In this document: positions 18,060 to 24,763 of the stretch, piece after piece
Layout: every line of letters begins with the position of its first letter
How positions within the stretch are numbered: position 1 is the stretch's first letter
DNA from: Acaryochloris thomasi RCC1774
GTDB taxonomy: Bacteria; Cyanobacteriota; Cyanobacteriia; Thermosynechococcales; Thermosynechococcaceae
Assembly: GCF_003231495.1 (NCBI RefSeq)
Contig: NZ_PQWO01000002.1
Span: 1 to 32,000 of the forward strand
Direction of reading: 5' to 3'
DNA length: 32,000 nt
The notes under the pieces: model-generated
What the model was told of the DNA's origin: nothing
Seen by the model: the letters and a program-made list of their open reading frames with translations, nothing else
Database searches by the model: none
Program-made: the position numbers and the translations under genes

Positions 18060-18149
18060 GACTCACCCAGAGCTCCGCCTCACTCTCTAGTCTACCCATC
18101 TACATTGATCGTTCCCTCCAGTCCATTTGTTCACGGCGAACGGGTGCAG

Positions 18150-18788
18150 CTAAGCTTTAATCTGCTGCTGTACCCACTGGCGAAGGCCAATCTCAGCAGC
18201 GACTTCATCTAGTAATGCTGCTTCTAGAAACTGATATAAATCTTGCTTTGCAACAGCAGGGAAGGTCGGGGAGCGATCGCACTCAACGTACTTGCCGTCC
18301 GTTAATTGCAAGACTTTCCACTCACGCCCATTGAACCGCCAAAATTCAGGCACTCCGAGGCTGGCGTAAAGAGTGTCTTTATTCAAGTCGGTATGGGTAA
18401 TATCGACCTCTACAACCAGATCAGGGGGGGGATCAACTTCTAAGTTAACTTCGTGATCTGCAACCAGGGCGTAGTTCTGAATGTAGTATTCGTTGTCGGG
18501 TTCAGCGCTTTTGAGTAAGTCTTCTCGATCTAGGGTCGTCGAACCCATGGTCTTGATTTTCATTCCCATCTCAACCACCAGAACTCTGATAAAGAGTTCG
18601 ATCAGGCGGGCAGACCGCTCATGGCCTTCGAGGGGCATGGTGATTTCTAAGACTCCGTTGTCGTAGGTGAAGCGAGCGCGAGTTCTCTCTGTCAGCAACG
18701 TCTGAATTTGCTTGAACTCATGCCAATCAAGGTTGCGAAAGGTGAGACGCTTTTCTCCAACGAGTTTGGGGGGTGGCTCTAGTAACAT
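18150..18788 (-). CDS. Uma2-family (DUF820) PD-(D/E)xK putative endonuclease
   Basis: Typical Uma2 layout: F..Y..G.LEI.MP, HE, EPD..Y and the core PPDLVVEVDITHTD...LYASLGVPEFWRF. The ATG at 18788 is preferred over the GTG at 18791. The gene ends 90 bp upstream of the STAND gene on the same strand. Confidence 0.8.
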   Translation of the reverse strand: MLLEPPPKLVGEKRLTFRNLDWHEFKQIQTLLTERTRARFTYDNGVLEITMPLEGHERSARLIELFIRVLVVEMGMKIKTMGSTTLDREDLLKSAEPDNEYYIQNYALVADHEVNLEVDPPPDLVVEVDITHTDLNKDTLYASLGVPEFWRFNGREWKVLQLTDGKYVECDRSPTFPAVAKQDLYQFLEAALLDEVAAEIGLRQWVQQQIKA

Positions 18789-18897
18789 CACAATTGCTGA
18801 GCGAATTGATCAAGCACTCATTGTTCATACCTATAGTGATACTAACGTTGAGCATGCTGCTGAGGTCACTGATGACTGTGTTATCTCTGAGGCAACG

Positions 18898-19743
18898 TCA
18901 TCCTAAATGTCCTGTAAAAACAGGTTCTGCTGGGCCTGTCATATAGACTGGCTCCTCACCCCCGGCCCAAGCAATCTCTAAAGGACCACCCGGTAATTCA
19001 ATGGTTGCTGCCGACTGACATCGTGCCGTCAGCACACCCGCCACTAGCACTGCACAGGCTCCTGTGCCGCAAGCCAACGTGCTTCCTGCCCCTCGCTCCC
19101 AGACGCGCATTTTTAGGTAGTCTGGGCGTACAACTTCAACGAATTCAGTATTGATGCGCTGTGGAAAAGCGGAGTGGGTTTCAAACTGCGGTCCTAATTT
19201 CTCTAGATGGATAGACGCGACATCCTCGACAAAGGTAATGCAGTGCGGGTTGCCCATGCTAACGCAGGTCACGAGCCAGTTCTGATCGTTAACGGCTAAG
19301 GGTCTTTGAACAACCTGCTCTTCAGGGCTATTGAGCGTCGTGGGAATCTGTTCTGCTAGCAAACGGGGCTGCCCCATATTCACCTTGACCTGACCATCAG
19401 GCAGTAGCTCTGGCACAATCACGCCGGCTAACGTATGAATACGGTAGCTGTGGGATGCACCTGCCGCTTTATCTTCGAGTTCCGCAATAAAACGGGCCAA
19501 ACAACGAATGCCATTGCCGCACATTTCTGGTTCAGAACCGTCGGAGTTATAGATCCGCATGGTGTAGTCGGTATCGCCCTGACCGGGCAGGACAAAAATC
19601 ACGCCGTCTGCCCCAACGCCAAAGTTGCGATCGCAAACCTTCTGAGCCTGTTCTGGCGTCAGCAAGGGTTCAGCCTGCTGCCGATTGTCAATCAGGACAA
19701 AATCATTGCCCAGACCTTGGTATTTCGTAAATTCGACCGTCAT
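18898..19743 (-). CDS. dapF: Diaminopimelate epimerase
   Basis: 281 aa. Both catalytic-Cys blocks are present: [16 protein letters not shown] and [14 protein letters not shown]. Confidence 0.95.
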   Translation of the reverse strand: MTVEFTKYQGLGNDFVLIDNRQQAEPLLTPEQAQKVCDRNFGVGADGVIFVLPGQGDTDYTMRIYNSDGSEPEMCGNGIRCLARFIAELEDKAAGASHSYRIHTLAGVIVPELLPDGQVKVNMGQPRLLAEQIPTTLNSPEEQVVQRPLAVNDQNWLVTCVSMGNPHCITFVEDVASIHLEKLGPQFETHSAFPQRINTEFVEVVRPDYLKMRVWERGAGSTLACGTGACAVLVAGVLTARCQSAATIELPGGPLEIAWAGGEEPVYMTGPAEPVFTGHLG

Positions 19744-19877
19744 AGTGTGGCTCTATCTTTCCTTCAATATCCCCTACTGTTAGCCTACCGTAGGAATTAT
19801 CGATTCATCCCAAATTGTCGCTATGATGGCACGGTGAGTATTCTCTCTACATCAGCACGTCTGTACTGAATTAAACT

Positions 19878-20093
19878 ATGTCAACTGAACTTGATGTCGG
19901 GCTCCCTAGCGTTCGTCAACTCCAAACGCTCATCCAGGACGGCTCAGAAGTCGAAGTCAAAGTGATCACCAATGATTTGCTAGTGGGTAAAATCCGTTGG
20001 CAAGATGCATTCTGCCTTTGCTTGCTTGATCACTACGATCAGCCCACCGTGATCTGGAAGCAGGCCATTGTTTTTCTGAAACCCAAAGCATAG
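19878..20093 (+). CDS. hfq: Cyanobacterial-type Hfq (Sm-fold) protein
   Basis: 71 aa. GLPSVRQLQTLIQDGSEVEVKVITNDLLVGKIRWQD closely parallels the recalled Synechocystis Ssr3341 sequence ([36 protein letters not shown]). Divergent from dapF. Confidence 0.8.
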   Translation: MSTELDVGLPSVRQLQTLIQDGSEVEVKVITNDLLVGKIRWQDAFCLCLLDHYDQPTVIWKQAIVFLKPKA

Positions 20094-20229
20094 GTCGTTT
20101 GGGAACTTTCTTCCCTGAATCATCTGTCTTCAAACGTAGGCTCTCTAAGACTCATCTCGCTATGAGCGACAGGATTGAGATACCCTAGAGCGCAGCTACA
20201 GCATCACTCAATTTCACAAGATACGAGAC

Positions 20230-21102
20230 ATGATTCAAAAGCCACAGATTGCCTGGGGAATTTTATGGGCAGCCTGCAGCACTCTCCTCGGGAACGCTGC
20301 GCAAGCCATTGAAGTTAAAGTTCAACCCACAAAAGTCAGACTCGGAGATACGGTCTCTATTCTGGTGACGCCTGACTCGGGCGAAACTTTGACTGAAGCG
20401 CCTACTGTTAAAGTCGCCGATAAAACTTTCCCTGCCTTTCAAGTAGCGCCTAATCGCTGGCGAGCCTTGGTGCCCACGACGCCTCTAGAGAAACACGGTC
20501 GCCGCAGCCTCACCGTGACCGGCAACCAGCAAACTCGAAATATGCTCCTATGGGTTGGCAGTCGGCGGTTCCCGACGCAGCGTATCTGGCTGCCCCCCAA
20601 GAAGAAAATCACCGTCAAAGACCCAAACTATGAGTTTCGGCAGGCTGATAAGTTCAAGGCAGTGGTGACACCTCAAAAGTACTGGAACGGGACTTTCGTT
20701 CGACCGAATGCCGGACGTTCCAGTACCGGCTACGGCGTTCGTCGCTACTACAACGGTGTGTTCGCCAAGGACTACTATCATCGCGGTTTAGACTACGCCA
20801 ACAGCACAGGTTCGCCAGTTAAAGCGGCGGCGGCAGGAAAAGTCTCCCTGATTGGCCGTGAGTCTGAGGGATTTAGAGTGCATGGCAATGTTGTGGGTCT
20901 TGATCATGGACAGGGCGTCGGCACCATCTATCTCCACTTGAGTCGTATTGATGTCCAGCCGGGACAAACGGTGGCCTCTGGTCAGGTGATTGGTGCCGTC
21001 GGCTCCACGGGAGCAAGTACGGGACCGCATCTGCACTGGGGCCTGTACGTCAATGGTCAGGCCGTCGATCCTTCGCCGTGGTTGTGGCGTGGGTTTGATT
21101 AA
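20230..21102 (+). CDS. M23-family (LytM/lysostaphin-type) metallopeptidase
   Basis: Signal peptide (..GNAAQA-IE). HxxxD motif (HRGLDY) and HxH motif (GPHLHWG). Confidence 0.9.
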   Translation: MIQKPQIAWGILWAACSTLLGNAAQAIEVKVQPTKVRLGDTVSILVTPDSGETLTEAPTVKVADKTFPAFQVAPNRWRALVPTTPLEKHGRRSLTVTGNQQTRNMLLWVGSRRFPTQRIWLPPKKKITVKDPNYEFRQADKFKAVVTPQKYWNGTFVRPNAGRSSTGYGVRRYYNGVFAKDYYHRGLDYANSTGSPVKAAAAGKVSLIGRESEGFRVHGNVVGLDHGQGVGTIYLHLSRIDVQPGQTVASGQVIGAVGSTGASTGPHLHWGLYVNGQAVDPSPWLWRGFD

Positions 21103-21241
21103 TTGGTCCTCAGTATTCCTTAGTCGTTGGTAGCCAAGCCGTTGATTTCTGAGTTTTGTTAGTGACAGGTATGTGTTTGCTCGTTCAGGTGGGCAAACTA
21201 AGTCAAGTTAGATCTCAAACTGACTGTAGGTAACTGTGACA

Positions 21242-21787
21242 ATGACGATCGAAGAAATTGTAGAACAGGCGTTATCCAATGGATATTTGACGCCGACGAT
21301 GGAAGCTGAAGTGGGTCGCATTTGCGATCACGCTGCTGACTTAGCGGTACAGGAGTATCAATCCCTAGATCGCTTGATGGGAGCCTTGCTCACCGGTCAG
21401 GTTGTGGCGGTGCCCCGCAAGCAATTCATTAATGTAATGGAAGAACTCGTGCTGACCGAGGCGATTACGCGGGTCTCTGAAATCGAAGCATCTAGCGATC
21501 AGACACTGGATTTAGGCGATATTGCCGCCTATGCGCTCAACCGCCTGCCGCCCCTCTACGCTACGACCGAAGAAGGAGCGACCTATCAACGTCATCGGGC
21601 CATAGAAGAGCTCAGTGATTTGATTGCTCAGCAGGTCATGGCAGCCATCTCTCGGAACCTTGACCAGCCTGAGTTCTTCCCAGAACGTCATGCAATTGGT
21701 ACCCATGAGCAGGCTGATGTTGTAGGCCAAATGAGTTCTTTGCTGCAGGCGTACGCACCTAAATTTGAAGAACCCGTTAAGGTTTAA
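21242..21787 (+). CDS. ComFB-family protein (candidate cyclic-dinucleotide receptor)
   Basis: The central region NVMEELVLTEA ... DIAAYALNRLPPLYATTEEG matches the ComFB (pfam10719) core as recalled. Start could be ATG 21242 or GTG 21236. Confidence 0.65.
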   Translation: MTIEEIVEQALSNGYLTPTMEAEVGRICDHAADLAVQEYQSLDRLMGALLTGQVVAVPRKQFINVMEELVLTEAITRVSEIEASSDQTLDLGDIAAYALNRLPPLYATTEEGATYQRHRAIEELSDLIAQQVMAAISRNLDQPEFFPERHAIGTHEQADVVGQMSSLLQAYAPKFEEPVKV

Positions 21788-21885
21788 GACCAGCGCTCAG
21801 CGGACTTTGGCGAAACTGTTACGCTAGGTTGTGCTGCCTTGAGCCACGGCTGAAGGACAGTGCGCTGATTTGCACGGCCTAAAAT

Positions 21886-23553
21886 ATGCCTCAATCTGAA
21901 AAGGTTTGGATTTACGATACGACGCTGCGCGATGGCGCTCAGACCGAGGGGTTGTCGTTATCCATTGAGGATAAGCTGAAGATCTCGCTTCAGCTTGATC
22001 GTTTAGGTGTGCCCTTTATTGAAGGTGGGTGGCCAGGCGCGAATCCAAAGGATATCCAATTCTTTCAGCGACTGCAGGAGAATCCGCTGCAGCAGGCTGA
22101 ATTGGTGCCTTTCTGTTCGACTCGACGGCCTGGACTGACAGCGGCAGAGGATCCGCTATTGCGTCCTATTTTGGCTGCACAGACCCGCTGGGTTACGCTT
22201 TTCGGGAAGTCTTGGGACTTGCACGTCACCACGGGCTTAAAGACGACGCTAGATGAGAATCTAGCGATGATTGCTGATTCAATTAGCTATCTAAGCCGTC
22301 AAGATCGCTGCATTATCTACGATGCAGAGCATTGGTTTGATGGCTATAAAAATAATCGAGCCTATGCTCTAGAGACTTTGAGAGTTGCGATCGCATCCGG
22401 CACCCAGTGGATTGTCCTTTGCGACACCAACGGCGGTACTCTACCCCATGAGATTTCAAGTATTGTCGATGAAGTGTCCCAAGCCATGCAGCCCTGGCAA
22501 GAAAAAGCAGGACACGACGTTCAACTTGGCATTCATACCCATAACGATTCGGGGACTGCGGTAGCCAATGCGATCGCAGCCGTCCAGCAGGGTGCAGCTA
22601 TGGTGCAGGGCACCATCAACGGCTATGGCGAACGCTGCGGCAACGCCAATCTCTGTACGTTAATCCCCAATCTCCAGCTCAAGCTGGGTTACGACTGTCT
22701 GCCACCGGATCAGCTCAGTGGCTTGACGCCCGCCAGTCGATTGATCAGCGAGATTGCCAATTTAGCGCCCGATGAACACGCTCCCTTCGTTGGCCTATCA
22801 GCCTTTGCTCATAAAGGCGGCATCCACGTGAGTGCTGTTCAGAAAGATCCGCGCACCTATGAGCACGTCACCCCAGACGTTGTCGGTAACCGCCGTCGCA
22901 TCGTTATTTCAGATCAGGCCGGGCTGAGCAACGTCCTAGAAAAGGCCAGCCTATTTGGTTTGACCTTAGACAAAGCCCACCCCGCCAGTCGTCAGATTCT
23001 TCAAGAACTCAAAACTTTAGAGCATCAAGGTTATCAGTTTGAAGCGGCTGAAGCCAGCTTTGAGTTACTGATTCGTCAAGCTCTTGACCAGCGTCCTTCT
23101 TTCTTTGACCTACAGGGCTTTGACGTACTCTGTCGCACCCATGATGTACCCCAAAACTATGCAGCCTGCAGCAATAGTTCAGTGCTGGCCACCGTTAGTG
23201 TCAAAGTCGGAGACCAAAGAATTCTGACTGCAGCCGAAGGTAATGGCCCCGTTTCAGCTCTGGATTCTGCGCTCCGAAAAGCCTTGGTGGCGTTTTACCC
23301 CGCAATGGTGGAGTTCCATCTCACTGATTACAAGGTGCGGATTTTAGACGGTCATACAGGAACGTCTGCCAAGACCCGAGTACTAGTGGACTTTACCAAC
23401 GGACATCAGCGTTGGACCACAGTGGGCGTTTCCACTAATATCATTCAGGCTTCTTATCAAGCGGTGACAGAAGGGATTGAGTATGGGCTGCTGCGGCAGA
23501 GCCAACAGGCGGAGGCTGAACTCAAATCTACGCCTTTGCCGCTGGCGACATAA
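21886..23553 (+). CDS. cimA: (R)-citramalate synthase (LeuA-family, CimA type)
   Basis: IYDTTLRDGAQTEG, IEGGWPGANPKD and HTHNDSG blocks, plus a C-terminal LeuA-dimer/regulatory domain. Length is 555 aa. The GGWPGxNPKD block is characteristic of the CimA clade rather than LeuA. Confidence 0.8.
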   Translation: MPQSEKVWIYDTTLRDGAQTEGLSLSIEDKLKISLQLDRLGVPFIEGGWPGANPKDIQFFQRLQENPLQQAELVPFCSTRRPGLTAAEDPLLRPILAAQTRWVTLFGKSWDLHVTTGLKTTLDENLAMIADSISYLSRQDRCIIYDAEHWFDGYKNNRAYALETLRVAIASGTQWIVLCDTNGGTLPHEISSIVDEVSQAMQPWQEKAGHDVQLGIHTHNDSGTAVANAIAAVQQGAAMVQGTINGYGERCGNANLCTLIPNLQLKLGYDCLPPDQLSGLTPASRLISEIANLAPDEHAPFVGLSAFAHKGGIHVSAVQKDPRTYEHVTPDVVGNRRRIVISDQAGLSNVLEKASLFGLTLDKAHPASRQILQELKTLEHQGYQFEAAEASFELLIRQALDQRPSFFDLQGFDVLCRTHDVPQNYAACSNSSVLATVSVKVGDQRILTAAEGNGPVSALDSALRKALVAFYPAMVEFHLTDYKVRILDGHTGTSAKTRVLVDFTNGHQRWTTVGVSTNIIQASYQAVTEGIEYGLLRQSQQAEAELKSTPLPLAT

Positions 23554-23623
23554 TATTGGGGCATCCTAAGAGTGAACCGGAGAAAATTCCGTACTGTAAA
23601 TGTGTCTCTCTTACTCAACTCGC

Positions 23624-24172
23624 ATGTACAAATTTAGTGCGGCTATCAATACTGAACGTTTTGTGTTCGGTTCTGCTCAACCTGGATACACCGAACCCCA
23701 GATCGAGCAGTGGATTGAGTTTATGCAAGACCAAAACATTCAACGCGTCTGCTGCCTATTGCCAACAGACCAGCTCAGCAAGTATTCAACAGACTTACTG
23801 AACACGTATCGACAGACTTTTGAGCATCGTCAAGTCTGTTGGGCACCGATTAAAGACTTTCGGTATGCTAATCCAGATGTTCTCATCTATCAAATTTTGC
23901 CGTTTTTGATGATCGCCAAACAGAAGCAAGAAAAAGTTGTGATTCATTGTTCTGGCGGTATTGGTCGAACAGGACATATCTTAGCGGCTTGGCTCGTGGC
24001 TGAGCACGGATTTTCTAGTCAATCTGCGATCTCTGCGATCAAGCAATCTGGTCGAAATCCTCATGAAGCGGTTGTTGCAGCCCCGCTCAAAGGTCGAAGC
24101 CCTCGAAAAGTCGCCGCAGAACTCGATATGCTGCTGAACAAGTGTAGTAACTTCCAACACGAATTAAGTTAA
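23624..24172 (+). CDS. Cys-based protein tyrosine/dual-specificity phosphatase family protein
   Basis: CX5R P-loop VIHCSGGIGRTGH. Small single-domain protein. ATG 23624 is preferred, with 23600 as an alternative. The sequence is AT-rich. Confidence 0.75.
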   Translation: MYKFSAAINTERFVFGSAQPGYTEPQIEQWIEFMQDQNIQRVCCLLPTDQLSKYSTDLLNTYRQTFEHRQVCWAPIKDFRYANPDVLIYQILPFLMIAKQKQEKVVIHCSGGIGRTGHILAAWLVAEHGFSSQSAISAIKQSGRNPHEAVVAAPLKGRSPRKVAAELDMLLNKCSNFQHELS

Positions 24173-24231
24173 ATATTGCCATCAATAGTGCCACTCACGC
24201 ATCTGTCTGTGGCGATGACACTTGCTTTAGT

Positions 24232-24606
24232 CTAAATCTCAACTATTCTAGCGACCCACATATCGGAGAAATTTGGGTAGTAACTTATCTCAAGGATTTT
24301 GTAGTTTATACAGTTATAGGTATGACTGACAATAATAAGATCGTTTACCTTGACTCCAGGCCTTTGAGAAGTCATGCAGAACTCAGTTGAGTTTTCTGAA
24401 CACTCTTCCAGATAAAAATCCAAACCTGTTCTAGATGCCTGATAGTAGTGACTTCTAACTTGTGTCTGCCAGCTCTGAAGCGAGGACGAAACACGCTTTT
24501 TTATTGACTCTACGATGAATTGAAGTGCAGCCCAAATGTAGGGATGATCAGCTTGATTGATGAGGGCAGGCCGTTGCGTAGGCTGCTGCTCTTGATGGGT
24601 AAACAT
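24232..24606 (-). CDS. Hypothetical protein (orphan, 124 aa)
   Basis: ATG-initiated ORF downstream of the RTX gene on the same strand. AT-rich, with no motif I recognise. The C-terminal third looks beta-rich (VKVNDLIIVSHTYNCINYKILEISYY). Confidence 0.4.
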   Translation of the reverse strand: MFTHQEQQPTQRPALINQADHPYIWAALQFIVESIKKRVSSSLQSWQTQVRSHYYQASRTGLDFYLEECSENSTEFCMTSQRPGVKVNDLIIVSHTYNCINYKILEISYYPNFSDMWVARIVEI

Positions 24607-24720
24607 AGGGATGCTCTACTTTGCTTTGGCTATAGCCGGTAGAATTCACGTGACTTTGACGGAAATGAAAAAGAGACCATCTGCGGGATGATAGGTCTGC
24701 CGTACAATTCACTGTCTAGA

Positions 24721-24751
24721 AGCAGATCCAATATTGATGATTGGATCTGCT
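24721..24751 (-). terminator. Perfect 12-bp stem / 7-nt loop hairpin just downstream of the RTX gene stop
   Basis: AGCAGATCCAAT (24721-24732), loop attgatg, ATTGGATCTGCT (24740-24751). It lies 13 nt after the stop at 24764. No U-tract follows on either strand, so the call as an intrinsic terminator is tentative. Confidence 0.4.
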
Positions 24752-24763
24752 GCCATAGAGGTG

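Noticed and set aside
19435-19869. 144-aa plus-strand ORF antisense to dapF
   Set aside because: It overlaps the well-supported dapF coding sequence and its promoter region and has no motif support.
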